A program made the position numbers and the translations under genes. The notes under the pieces were generated by a model. It worked only from the letters and a program-made list of their open reading frames with translations, ran no database searches and was not told where the DNA came from. From the NCBI GenBank assembly GCA_963804955.1, contig CAWDSQ010000035.1, forward strand, positions 1 through 64,000: a stretch of DNA of 64,000 nucleotides. The letters run 5' to 3'. Origin of the DNA: an uncultured delta proteobacterium (GTDB lineage Bacteria > Desulfobacterota > WTBG01 > CAIYCZ01 > CAIRTM01). The first letter of the stretch is position 1. The number at the start of each line of letters is the position of its first letter. Below are positions 30,471 through 42,084 of the stretch, one piece after another.

Positions 30471-32369
30471 TCATCTCGCCCATCTGATCGCGCCTTCGCA
30501 GCCGTCGATAAGCACACGGTATTCCTGCCACTCAAGCGGGTCGCCGTTGAACGTCGCCCGCATGAACATGAACCGCTTGAAAAACACTCGTGCGCTTAAA
30601 ACCTCAATCGCATCAGACTCCCACGTGATAGTCGCGTTATCGCTGAATTCCGTGCCCCTCGCGGCAATGACCAGCAGTGTTCTGGTTCTCTCTTTGTCGC
30701 CGATAAGCCGACCAAGAACTCCGGGTATAATTTTTACAGCGCATGCCGGTAAGATGTCGGTATAAAAGGCATCCGTATCATCAACGTCAAAGCCACTGCT
30801 GTTATCTGCATAGCCTGCAGGCGGCGTCAGAAAGCAGAACTCCGAGGCATTGTCTTCATTGCCGTAACCGTCGCCATCGGCATCGCGGTAATAGGGAATC
30901 GGGTTGTGAATGGCGGAATTATTGTCATCGCAGTCCGGCCCCGCAGCACATCCTTGTCCATACGTGTCATTATCATTATCAATACAGGCCGCCCAGATCA
31001 GCGAGTTAGCCATCAGCAGGGCGCCATCTGTTGTGGCAGTCCAGTAAGTCCGCCTGGGCATCGCTGGAGGGTGGGAAAAAGTTCAGGCCCACGATTTTCC
31101 CGGTGGTCGGCTGTTTTGTGGCCACCAGCGGAACGTCGTTGCTCCAATGCGCCACCTGGGTCGCTCCAGCCGTTAGGGTTACGACATTATGCCAGCTGCC
31201 AGATCCTCCGTCGAAGAAATTGACGCCCGCCATGATGGGATGGGCTGGCAGGTCCGGGATCAAAGTAAGCGGTGTTCCGAAGGTAAACGCGCCTGTCGTA
31301 AAAGGCAGGTAGCCTGCGCTTGCGAACCGCCCGGAAATATCACAACCCGGAACACCCCCGAACGCAAAGGAAGCCAGTACAACGCCGCCTCCGGCATCTG
31401 CATAGTTTGCCAGCACATCGCCCATTGCAGTGCTGTTACTGAAAGGAAAATCACTATACACGAGCACAGCGCTATATTGTTGCAGTTCTCCCCGGCTCGG
31501 AGTGTACGATCTTACATCGTGAACATCCACCCGGGTAAACAACCCGGTGCTGTTCAGTTTGCTCTGGACATCTGCAGCATTCGCTGAACTTTCTGCGCCA
31601 TAAATGCCAACCACACCGCTGGTGTCTTCCGTGATGCAATTTCCCGCCCAGGCCAGTGCATTGCCCATCAGCCGTGCGCCATCCGTTGAGGCAGTCCATA
31701 AGGTCGGACTGGCATCGCTGGAGGGTGGATAAAAGTTCAGGCCCACGATTTTCCCGCTGGTCGATTGTTTTGTGGCCACCAGCGGCACGTCGTTGCTCCA
31801 ATGCGCCACCTGGAACGCCCCGGCAGTCAGGGAGATTGTTTCATGGTAACTATCTAAACCTCCGTCGAAGGAGCTGACGCCTGCCAGGATGGGATGGGCC
31901 GGCACGTCCGGAATCAACGTGAGAGGTGTTCCTGAAGCCTGAGAGCCTTCTGTAAAAGGCAGGTAGCCGCCGCTTACGATCCGCCCGCGACAAGGCTGCT
32001 AATATTGAACGCAAAGGTAGCCACTACAACGCCGCCTCCGGCATCTGCATAGTCTGCCAGCACATCGCCCAGTGCAACGTTGTCACTGAAGGTATAATTA
32101 CTGAACACAAGCACAGCGCTGTATTGCTGCAGTTCTGCCAGGGTCGGAGTGTAGGATCTTACATCGTGAACACCCACCTGGGTAAACAGGCCGGTGCCCT
32201 CCAGTTTGCTCTGGACATCCTCTAATCTGTCTAAAGTGTTTGCGCCATAAATGCCAACCTTGCAGGGACCTGCTGCTGCGGCTTGATGCGGCGCTATAGA
32301 GAATACCGCGAAACTTGCCAGGAGCGCCACTGACAGGGTTAATGAAAAAACGCGAAAAACACGGTGCAT
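30471..32369 (-). CDS. Secreted protein with two ~205-aa tandem domains, MopE-like repeats and the same C-terminal domain (frameshifts near 31970 and 31045)
   Basis: ORFs 31974-32369, 31006-31917 and 30471-31061 join into one gene; signal peptide; duplicated domain. Confidence 0.75.
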
Positions 32370-32606
32370 AAAAACCCCCTTTCGAAGAAAAAATTTTTAT
32401 GAATACATGCTTGAAAAAGAAAGTAATAACTAAAAAATAGCATACTAAAAAAGTTGCTTCAAATTAAATTTTACAATACCGCATAAGCATACCAATCATG
32501 CCATTAAAAAAAGCCGGCATGAAGATTTCACCTCTGGCACCGGAGGCCTTTTTTCTTGCTTATCTAGTTGAAAAAGTATATGTTTTCTCATCTTGCGGCC
32601 CGGTAA

Positions 32607-33547
32607 ATGCCCATGCTTGAACACTATATCCGCACCTTTGAACAGCACCTGAGCGCTGAGCGCAATGCCTCGGCCCACACAAGCCGCGGCTACCTGCATG
32701 ACCTGGCTGAGTTTGACCTGTTCCTGCAGGATAAGGGCTACGCGGCTGCGGGCCTGGCAGACATTGACAATTTTGCGGTGCGGGCCTGGCTTGCCTGCCT
32801 TGCCAGAAAAAACAAAAAAAGCTCGCAGGCGCGCAAGCTTTCAAGCATCAAGGCTTTTTTCAGGTTTTTAAAGCAGCAGGGCGTCATCGAGCACAACCCT
32901 GCCCAGCCCGTAAAGACGCCCCGGCAGGACACAGTACCTGCCCCGGCATCTGAGCGTTGACGAAATGTTCGCCGTGCTCGACAGCGTGCCCGAGGATAGC
33001 CAGTTGCAGGTGCGCGACAGGGCGATTCTTGAGCTGCTGTACTCGAGCGGTCTGCGCGTCAGCGAGCTTGTTGGCTTAAACCGCACCGGGCTTGAGCTTG
33101 CGGCGGGCTCGTTTAAAGTATTCGGCAAGCGCCGCAAAGAGCGCATTGTGCCTGTGGGCAAAAAGGCTGTGGCATGTATCGAGCGGTATATAGCCGCAAG
33201 CTCTGATCTGTGCCGGACAATCTATGGCGACGGGGCGCAAAAAAAAGCGCCCCTGTTTCTCAACCGCAATGGCGGCAGGCTCACGGCCCGGAGCATTGCC
33301 CGGATAGTTGATAGATACACCCTGCAGGCAGGGCGTGCTGCATAAGATGAGCCCCCACGGCATGCGCCATTCATTTGCCACGCATATGCTCAATGCGGGC
33401 GCCGATCTTCGGGCCATACAGGAACTGCTGGGGCATGAAAGCCTGTCGACCACGCAGAAATACACCCACCTGAACATCGACAAGCTCATGGAGGTGTATG
33501 ACAAGGCCCATCCCCGCAGCAGAACAAAGGAAGGAAAGGACTTGTAA
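32607..33547 (+). CDS. xerC: Tyrosine recombinase XerC (two frameshifts)
   Basis: [56 protein letters not shown]; upstream of hslVU. Confidence 0.9.
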
Positions 33548-33548
33548 C

Positions 33549-34083
33549 ATGGACCAGTTTCGCGGCACCACCATTCTTGCCATACGCAAAGAAGGCAGGG
33601 TCTGCATCGGCGGCGACGGCCAGGTGAGCTTCAACAACACGGTCTTGAAGCACAAAGCCAAAAAGCTCCGCAGGCTCTACCAGAACAAAATAGTTGCCGG
33701 CTTTGCCGGCGCTACGGCAGATGCTTTTACGCTGTTCTGAAAAATTTGAAAAAAAGCTTGAGCAGTACAATGGCAATATCGTCCGCGCCGCTGTGGAGCT
33801 TGCCAAGGACTGGCGCTCCGACAAAATTCTGCACAAGCTCGATGCGCTGCTGATCGTGGCAAATGAGGAGCATCTTTTTATTCTTTCGGGCAATGGCGAT
33901 GTGATCGAGCCCGATGACGATGTGGCCGCCATCGGCTCGGGCGGCCCCTATGCCCTGGCGGCAGCCCGTGCGCTGCTGCGCCATGGCAGCCTGCCTTTGC
34001 GCCAGGTTGTCGAAGAGTCCATGAAAATAGCCGCCGAAATTTGCATTTATACCAACAGTGAAATCTGCATCGAAGAACTGTAA
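33549..34083 (+). CDS. hslV: ATP-dependent protease subunit HslV (frameshift near 33737)
   Basis: [35 protein letters not shown]. Confidence 0.95.
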
Positions 34084-34130
34084 ACCGCTGCCGCCTGTGA
34101 TGACAAAAGATTGTATTCACGCCCCGGCAT

Positions 34131-35521
34131 ATGAATGGTTATAACGACATATGGAATCCCAGACATCCCTTAAATCCCCGCGAAACCGTGGCCGCACTGG
34201 ATAAGTTCATCATCGGCCAGAACAATGCAAAAAAGGCCGTTGCCATAGCTCTGCGCAACCGCTGGCGCCGCCAGCAGGTGCCGGAAGACCTGCGCGACGA
34301 AATCGCCCCGAAAAATATCATCATGATCGGCCCCACGGGCGTCGGAAAAACCGAAATCGCCCGCCGGCTTGCAAAGCTTGCCCAGTCGCCGTTTTTGAAG
34401 ATCGAGGCCTCCAAGTTCACCGAAGTCGGCTATGTCGGCCGCGACGTTGAATCGATGATCCGCGATCTGACCGAGCTTGCCGTCAAGCAGGTGAAAGACG
34501 AGGAAGCTGAAAAGGTGCGGACAAAATCTCTTGAGATTGCGGAGGAAAAGCTCCTCGATCTGCTGCTGCCGCCGCAGCGCCGCCCCCGCAAAGATCAGCC
34601 CCGCAAATCGAAGACGGCCAGAAAACAGAGGTCGAAACGCAGGCTGAAACGCGCGAGAAGCTGCGGGCAATGCTGCGCGACGGCAAATTCGACGAGCGCG
34701 AAATCGAGCTTGAGATCACGCAGCAGAACATTCCCATGGTTGAAATTTTTTCGGCCTCGGGCCTCGAGGAGATGGATATTAACATCAAGGATATGTTCGG
34801 CAATCTTTTGCCGAAAAAAACCAAAAAGCGCAAGGTCAAGGTTCCCGAGGCCCGCGAAATTATAGCCAAGGAGGAAGCACAGAAACTCATCGATATGGAC
34901 AGGGTGACGTCCATGGCAGTGCAGCGCGTGGAGCAGTCGGGCATCATCTTTCTCGATGAAATCGACAAAATCGCCAGCCGCGAAAGCGGCCACGGGCCCG
35001 ATGTGTCGCGCGAGGGTGTGCAGCGCGACCTGCTGCCGATTGTGGAGGGCTCGACCGTCACCACCAAGTACGGCATGGTCAGAACGGATCATATTCTGTT
35101 CATCGCCTCGGGCGCATTTTATGTTTCCAAGCCCTCGGACCTGATACCCGAGCTGCAGGGCCGCTTCCCCATTCGGGTTGAGCTCAACTCGCTGTCCAAG
35201 GAGGATTTCATCCGCATACTCACCGAGCCGCAGAATGCGCTCATCAGGCAGTATATCGCCCTCATGGATACCGAGGGCGTGAAGCTTGTGTTTAGTACGG
35301 ATGCCATTGAACGGCTTGCAGAAATCGCCACAACGGTCAATGAAAAGACGGAAAATATCGGCGCACGGCGCCTGCATACCATCATGGAGCGCCTGCTTGA
35401 GGATATTTCCTTTGAGGCACCGGAGCGCAGGGGCGATGAGATCGACATCGATGCGGCCTATGTGTCCCGGCGGCTCGATGATTTTATAAAAGATGAAGAC
35501 TTGAGCAGATATATACTATAA
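34131..35521 (+). CDS. hslU: ATP-dependent protease ATPase HslU (frameshift near 34600)
   Basis: [52 protein letters not shown]. Confidence 0.96.
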
Positions 35522-35540
35522 TTATCAACAGATAACGGAC

Positions 35541-36422
35541 ATGCCCATGCAGACAGCCATTGAAAAAGTCAATATCCTCATGGAGGCCCTTCCCTATATC
35601 CGGAAGTTCGCCAACAAGACCTTCGTGATCAAGTTCGGCGGCAATGCCATGATCGACGAAGCCTTAAGCCACAGCTTCGCCCTGGATATTATTCTTCTGA
35701 GCTATGTGGGCATACGGCCCGTGGTGGTGCATGGCGGCGGTCCGCAGATAGGCGGGCTTATGGAAAAACTGGGCAAGCAGCCCGCATTCATCGACGGCCT
35801 GCGGGTGACGGACCAGGAGACCATGGACATTGCCGAGATGGTGCTCACGGGCAGCATCAACAAGGACATCGTGAGCCATATCAACAAAAACGGCGGCCGG
35901 GCCGTTGGCCTGAGCGGCAAGGACGGCAGCCTCCTCATGGCCCGCAAGATGCTTAAAAAAGACAAAAATGATCCGTCGAAAACCATCGACATCGGTTTCG
36001 TGGGCGAGATCACCTCGGTGAACCCCCGCGTCATCAATACGCTTGACTCAAACCAGTTCATTCCCGTTATTGCACCTGTGGGCTGCGGCGAGGACGGCCA
36101 GACCTACAATATCAACGCCGATACGGCAGCAGGCGCCATCGCCGGCGCGCTCAAGGCTGAAAAGCTCATCCTGCTCACCGATGTCGAAGGCGTGAAGGAC
36201 AGAGGCGGCAGCCTGCTCTCGACGCTCACCGAGCCCGAGGTGCAGCGCCTCATCAGCTCAGGCGACATATCCGGCGGCATGATACCCAAGGTGACCTGCT
36301 GCTGCAGGGCCCTTGATGAGGGAGTGGCAAAAGCCCATATCATCGACGGCCGCCTGGATCACGCGGTGCTACTTGAAATTTTTACCGATATCGGTATCGG
36401 CACGCAGATTGTTAAGGCATAA
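35541..36422 (+). CDS. argB: Acetylglutamate kinase
   Basis: [32 protein letters not shown]. Confidence 0.96.
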   Translation: MPMQTAIEKVNILMEALPYIRKFANKTFVIKFGGNAMIDEALSHSFALDIILLSYVGIRPVVVHGGGPQIGGLMEKLGKQPAFIDGLRVTDQETMDIAEMVLTGSINKDIVSHINKNGGRAVGLSGKDGSLLMARKMLKKDKNDPSKTIDIGFVGEITSVNPRVINTLDSNQFIPVIAPVGCGEDGQTYNINADTAAGAIAGALKAEKLILLTDVEGVKDRGGSLLSTLTEPEVQRLISSGDISGGMIPKVTCCCRALDEGVAKAHIIDGRLDHAVLLEIFTDIGIGTQIVKA

Positions 36423-36486
36423 AGGGATAACGGAGCCAGAGGCGGAAAATTTTTCAACCGGCACGGGCCGGCAAGCGAGGTTGAGC

Positions 36487-37676
36487 ATGGTAAACGTTGT
36501 TGAAACGACTGACGAAAGCATTTTTCAGACCTATAAGCGGTACCCCGTCGTGCTTGACCACGGCAAGGGCTGCCTTGTGTGGGATGACAGGGGCAAGGAG
36601 TACCTGGACTTCCTTGCCGGCATCGCCGTGTGCAATCTGGGGCACTGCCACCCGGCGGTGGTGCAGGCGGCAAAGGAGCAGCTTGATAAGCTTATGCATG
36701 TTTCCAATTATTTTTACACCGGACCGCAGGCGGAGCTTTCCGAGCTGATCATCAAAAACTCATTTGCCGACCGCATTTTCTTCTGCAACAGCGGGGCCGA
36801 GGCCAATGAGGCGGCGCTGAAGCTGGCGCGCAAATATGGCCAGGACCACTCGGACGGCAAAAAGTATGAGATCATCACCATGGAGTATTCCTTCCACGGC
36901 CGCACCTTTGCAACGCTCACCGCAACCGGGCAGGATAAGTTCCATCACGGCTTCGGCCCCCTGCTGCCCGGGATTCAAATACGTGCCGTTTAATGACATC
37001 AAGGCGCTTCGCGAGGCCGTCAGCGACATTACCTGCGCCGTCATGCTCGAGCCCATTCAGGCCGAGGGCGGGGTGAACATGCCCGCGAAAGGCTATCTCA
37101 AAAGCGTGCGGGAGCTGTGCGATGAAAAGGGCCTGCTGCTCATCTACGACGAGGTGCAGGTCGGCCTGGGCCGCACGGGCAAGCTCTTTGCCTATGAGTA
37201 CGCGGGCGTTGCCCCCGACATTATGACCCTGGCCAAGGCCATCGGCGGCGGGCTGCCGGGCGGTGCCATGCTGGCGGGAAAAACCGTGGCTGAGACATTC
37301 ACCGCAGGCAGCCATGCCACGACCTTCGGCGGCAACCCCGTAGTGATGGCCGCCGGCGTTGCCACGATGAAAATTCTGCTCGAGGGCTCGGTGCTTGAAA
37401 ACTGCCGCGCCATGGGCGCTTATTTCATGGAACAGCTGGAAAAGTTCAAGGCGAAGTACCCGCAATTCGTAAAAGAAATCCGGGGCGCGGGGCTGATCAT
37501 CGGCATGGAAACCACCCTTGACGGCCGCGATATCGTCAGCCGCTGCCTTGAGAAAGGGCCTCATCATCAACTTCACGCGCGACACGGTGCTGCGGTTCCT
37601 GCCGCCCCTGATCGTTGAGAAGCAGCATATCGACCGGTGCATGCAGGTGCTTGACGAAATATTTGCAGCTCTATAA
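36487..37676 (+). CDS. argD: Acetylornithine aminotransferase (two frameshifts)
   Basis: NSGAEANE, SFHGRT, EPIQAEGG, DEVQ.G.GRTG, TLAK, TFGGNP. Confidence 0.92.
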
Positions 37677-37703
37677 CGCAATAAACAGCAAATCGAATAT
37701 GGG

Positions 37704-37740
37704 GCCCTGTTATCTGAAGCGATGACAGGGCTTTTATTTT
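37704..37740 (+). terminator. Intrinsic terminator after argD
   Basis: GCCCTGTTATC / GATGACAGGGC stem plus TTTTATTTT. Confidence 0.75.
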
Positions 37741-37895
37741 CAGCAACTGTTTCCAGTGCCCCTCACTGAAGCCGGACACTGCGCGGTATAACCCTTCAGT
37801 CCGTAGAAAGGGTGGCAACCCGCCGTTTCAGTTTTTATCATTGCTTCCCGCCGGTCATTTCATTTTTCAGGTTTTGTTCCGCAAACCCGACCTGT

Positions 37896-38005
37896 GAACT
37901 TTAGTATGACCATGGCGAGAAGATGCAAGGCTTCACCTGACTCCAAAAAGCCGCAGCCTGCTTCTTGAAAAAGCAGACCCGGCAATAGAAATGATCCTGG
38001 AATAA
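37896..38005 (+). pseudogene. Degenerate 3' remnant of a CFI-box-CTERM-type gene
   Basis: TATGACCATGGCGA...AAAAAGCCGC...GCTTCTTGAAAAAGCAG.CCCGGCA.TAGAAATGAT..TGGA.TAA matches 40820-40935. Confidence 0.7.
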
Positions 38006-38021
38006 CTAGCGGAAAATCAAT

Positions 38022-38190
38022 TAAAGAAAAAAGCGGCGACGGCCCTGCATTCAGGGCCGTCGCCGCTTTAATGGGAGAAGGCATGCAGAGTGAATGAAAA
38101 GGGGGGGGGAACACCCACTCTGCACGCCATGAGAACATTTTATTTAAAAGATCCTGCACGAACCGTTGTGCGTTATTCATCGTTCATTTT
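38022..38190 (-). ncRNA. Candidate sRNA with a C-rich loop hairpin and intrinsic terminator
   Basis: Extended -10 TGcTATATT; 17-bp stem with three G-U pairs valid only on the minus strand; 15-bp GC stem plus U-tract. Confidence 0.55.
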
Positions 38191-38652
38191 AGTTTTAATA
38201 TAGCACAACGATTATTAAAGGAAGGTTAAAAAAAAATTAGATAATATTAATGTGCCGCCGGCCTGCGGCAATCGACTGAAAGCAGAAATGACAAGGCTAA
38301 AATGGCCCTGCCTTTTCTGTATCATTATAAAAAAGCGTTGAATTGATCTCATTATCACGTCTCCGTTTTCGTCGGTGTCAACGGTGTTTATAGGACTTCT
38401 ATGTCCGGCCTGTTGTGGAACAATTAAAAACGGCACTGCATCATGCAGGAAGTCCTTCCCTGCCGTTTCAAAAAGGCATTAATGCCGGCCTCGATCCCGC
38501 AGCACTTCTATGCTATATTTTACATCATTGGGCGTCATATACCAACAGGAGGAACAAGGCAGGGTTGGTCCACGGGTCTAATAACCCAGCTGTTTACCCG
38601 TGCATTCTCACAGGACTATCAAAATAATCATTTTTTGACCAAGGGGGTGTCT

Positions 38653-40935
38653 ATGAGCGAAAAAAAACAAAGCCGTCGATGGTTATCAGCCTTTTTTTGC
38701 TGCTTGCAATGCTGCCGGACATGCCTGCTTTCGGCGCTGGTGACATGCCTGTATTTAACGAGGATTACTTTGGGCAATGCACCATTCCGGGAATGAAGCT
38801 TGACTATGCCGTCACTTCCGAAACCGACACATCCACCGGAATAGCCGGAGAATACTGGGATGAAAACGGTTCACCGCAAACGCCCGGCACGTCTTTTATA
38901 GACTTTACAGTTTCTTATTATCTGAACGCCGTTGAGGCGCAGGGCTATTACCTGGCCGCAAAGAATAATACCATCGAAAGTTGCGATGTGCTGGGACAAT
39001 ATCCCGAGAATACGATACTGCAGTGCGATACGTCTGATAATGAATCGACGGAGGTGTACCTCCAGATCGGCTTATATCATGGCGCCTATTATCTCCTATA
39101 TGCTGAACATTATTTCCTGTTTTTTCAATTCGAGCTGCATCCGCCGGTTACTGAACAGCATATGTGGGATGTGCTTGCCCAAACAAAGGAGTGCATGCAA
39201 AATGCCCTGACAAAGGAGCGCGCTCTTACGGGAACGGTTACCAATGCCTGGGGAGAGATACTGCCTGGCATGGTGGTGAAGCTGACCTATAACGGCAAAG
39301 AGCAGGAGACCACGACCGATGAAAACGGCATCTACAAGTTCCCGTTTAATGGCGCCTTCGGCAGGCAGGCCCGGCTGAGCCTTGTCATGCAGTGCCGTGA
39401 CGGGCAGACCACGTATTTTACCCTTGCAGACAACCTCAGCCCCCTTACTCCCCACGTTGTGAGGGAAACCTTCACCATACGAACGGAGGCCGACCTGAAG
39501 CATGATGCCGTGATTCAGGACAAACAGAGGGGAACGGAGTATCTGGGAGACGTCTACCGGGATATGCTGGAGGCGCTTGCCTTCTATCAGGAGGTGCTGA
39601 AAGTCCAGCCCGAGCCCTGCGTGGTCCTGCCATACTCAAACGGCAAGACAAAATATGTCCCGTCGGGAAAGGGTTTTCAGCTCAGGGATTCAGAAACTAT
39701 TTACAAGGGCTACAATGATGCATACCTGCGCTCTCCTCTGCCTGTGTTTCATGAATATTCCCACCATATCATGTACTGCATGTACGGCAGCAAATTCCCC
39801 GCACCCCCTGCAGGCGCAGCGCCCGAAGAAAAAAATCACGGCGGGTACATGAACCCCTCCACCTCAGACAGCTTTGTCGAGGGCTTTGCCCAATTTATGA
39901 CCCGGGTAATGATCGCCTCATACAGCGGTGGCTCCTCCGGTGCCGGGGATGTTAACGAGCGCTCATGGGACAGCTTCGGCTATGCTGAGGAAGACGCGGT
40001 TGACGGGGTGTTCTGGGACCTGCATGACGGCATATACCCTCTGGACAATGACAGCCTGCAGCTGACGCTTGACGAAATATGGGCAGTGCTCAAAGACTAT
40101 CGCGCCAACATGCATGAAGTGTATAAGGGTTTTATAGAAGCCTATCCTGAGAAAAAAACGGACATTGACCGGATTTTTATTAATCATGGGTTTTTTGCGG
40201 ATACAAATGAGGGGAATAAAAAATATGACTTCAGAGAGCCCACCTGGGGAAATCCTGAGTTGCGTGGCGACCCCTACATTGATCTTGCCAGCTCCCATCA
40301 AGTATGATACCGGCGAAACCATAGGGCAGGCTACCAACTACCAGCGGCCGGAACGCTACAGCAAGGAGCCTTGGCCCAATCATTTTATAAAGACAGGCGA
40401 CGCCTACCCGTTTTTTAAAGTGACCTTCACCTTCCCTGACCACCCCTATCTTGACTATGACCTGCATCAGGAGCAGCAGAACGGGCTTATTTATGTGCCC
40501 GTGCCGCCTGACATATACCAGGCGGACATAAAAATTGAAGGCTTTGGCGATGGTATTACAACCGGCAATCCTTTGAGTTTTACCAATCAAGAATTCATCA
40601 GCAGCTATGAGACGATCATCGCACTGGGGTTTTACCGCGAACATGATTTTGACATAACCGGCACCATGCCGGTCAGGCCCCGAACCGACCCAAGGCGCAA
40701 AGGCGTGTGCCCGGCGCAGAGGGTGTTGGAAGGCAGCGCGCGGGAGCTTGAAATACTGCGCCGCTTTCGGGACGAGACGCTTGGGAAAAGCGCTCTTGGA
40801 AAGCTCTGCATACGGCTGTATTATGACCATGGCGAAACGATAACCGGGCTACTGGACAACAGACCTTATCTTAAAAAAGCCGCGGCTGTGCTTCTTGAAA
40901 AAGCAGCCCCGGCACTAGAAATGATTTTGGAGTAA
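38653..40935 (+). CDS. Secreted HEXXH metallopeptidase-like protein with carboxypeptidase-regulatory-like domain and CFI-box-CTERM-like tail (two frameshifts)
   Basis: Signal peptide, TTTDENG.Y, HEYSH...EGFA, C-terminal CPA...L..LR.FRD..L.KS..GK..I.LYY. Confidence 0.75.
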
Positions 40936-40959
40936 CTTGCAAAATATTGATTAAGACAG

Positions 40960-40992
40960 AAAAGGCAGGGCGCAAACGGCCCTGCCCTTTCT
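40960..40992. terminator. Bidirectional terminator
   Basis: AAAAGGCAGGGC-loop-GCCCTGCCCTTT. Confidence 0.7.
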
Positions 40993-41063
40993 GTAAAAAA
41001 TGTTAGGTTGGTTTAATTAGAACCGTTGCCGATTACATCTGAGCTCTCGTGCCTGCAGAGAAT

Positions 41064-41495
41064 TTAGGTCGTTGCCGCCCGTTCGAGAAGCTCCTTGACC
41101 TGTTCATATTCCTTCAGCCTGGCATAGTCCTTCTCGGAGGGTTTTCCGATGCGCCTGAGATCCATGTTGTCCGTGACGTCAGCCAATTTGACTGCGCGGG
41201 CAATGGGTTTCTGAGCTGCGCGTTGTGCTGCTTCCAACCGCGCTTCTCCATCAACTTTGGTTAGGGCTTTTACCGCTTCCAGGACATCTTCGCTGAATCC
41301 CTCCGCCCTCAGGTCATCAAGTGTGAGGTTTGTGTCTTCGACCACATCATGCAGCACGGCGGCAATTTGCTGCTCCCGGGTCTTGACGGCCAGCATCAGG
41401 CGCAGAGGGTGAAAAATATATGGCTCACCAGCCTTATCAACCTGCCCGGCATGGGTGCGTGCAGCAATTTCGATTGCCCTTTCGATGGTACTCAT
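41064..41495 (-). CDS. HD-domain protein (Mesh1/small alarmone hydrolase-like)
   Basis: AH.GQVDKAG.PYI.HP, LHDVVED, VKLAD..DN. Confidence 0.85.
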   Translation of the reverse strand: MSTIERAIEIAARTHAGQVDKAGEPYIFHPLRLMLAVKTREQQIAAVLHDVVEDTNLTLDDLRAEGFSEDVLEAVKALTKVDGEARLEAAQRAAQKPIARAVKLADVTDNMDLRRIGKPSEKDYARLKEYEQVKELLERAATT

Positions 41496-41546
41496 AGGTG
41501 TTCTCCCCCCGACGAAGTAATATTGGATTTGACAGGCGGCGAAATT

Positions 41547-41640
41547 GGTAGACTGTGCAAAGTCCGCTACGGCTTATGCCAAAAAATTCTGTTTATTGAT
41601 AGACGGTTGTTGGGCACGTTTCACTTTGCCCAACCTTGCT
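41547..41640. repeat. Degenerate inverted REP doublet (REPIN-like)
   Basis: Minus strand GcAaGGTTGGGCAAAGTGAAACGTGCCCAAC plus a partner ending CTTTGCACAGTCTAC. Confidence 0.5.
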
Positions 41641-41642
41641 GA

Positions 41643-42005
41643 TCAATCCGAACCGCGAACTACTTTTTTAAAAATGAGGTCAAAAACAATCGACATTCCA
41701 ATAAAAAAACGCCAAGCACAGAAAATGCGGCATTTTTCTTTCAGTCAGTTATTGTAAGTCTTTGATCCGTAGGTAGAAGGCCAATGGTAGTGCCAATTTT
41801 GAGAAGCATTTCCTGACATTTGGTTAACCCGCCACCATATATTCCTTCACCATAGCGGCCCTCTCCGTACCCAGTTGTGGTAACAATATCTGAGAAATTT
41901 TCGCGCAGGACACCGTAAGATGCAAAAGCAGCTCCGGCAATTTGAGATATTAGCCATACGGCAAAAACAAGCTTCTAGCTTATATAATGTCGAATGATTG
42001 GCCAT
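41643..42005 (-). pseudogene. Decayed cassette gene encoding a two-TM protein with a GYGEGRYGEGIYGG motif
   Basis: SD TAGGAG and ATG 42005; in-frame TGA at 41741-41743 plus frameshifts. Confidence 0.55.
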
Positions 42006-42024
42006 ATCGGGTACTCCTATCATT

Positions 42025-42084
42025 GCCTACCGCTGGAGTTAAGCGACCGCGCGTAGCGCGGTCCGCTTGAACGACTTGTTAGGC
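42025..42084 (-). mobile_element. Integron attC site (60 bp)
   Basis: GCCTAAC-aagtcgttcaagcggaccgcgctacgcgcggtcgcttaactccagc-GGTAGGC; R'' overlaps the cassette stop codon; R' has GGT instead of GTT. Confidence 0.85.

Noticed and set aside
32607..33547. Integron integrase for the 41-42 kb cassettes
   Set aside because: Housekeeping XerC in its usual hslVU context; no IntI-specific insertion seen; about 9 kb from the attI-like site.
37700..37860. SRP RNA or group II intron domain V
   Set aside because: No TCAGG...GGAAG..AGCAG SRP motif and no proper domain V pairing; the first hairpin is explained as the argD terminator.
37860..38180. 106-aa minus-strand ORF
   Set aside because: Runs through a terminator and the antisense strand of a pseudogene remnant; no SD; non-protein-like composition.
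38560..38605. c-di-GMP-I riboswitch (CCACGGGTCTAA); similar fragment near 53980
   Set aside because: Only a P3-like fragment; no upstream GGCAAA...GAAA...GCAAA elements.
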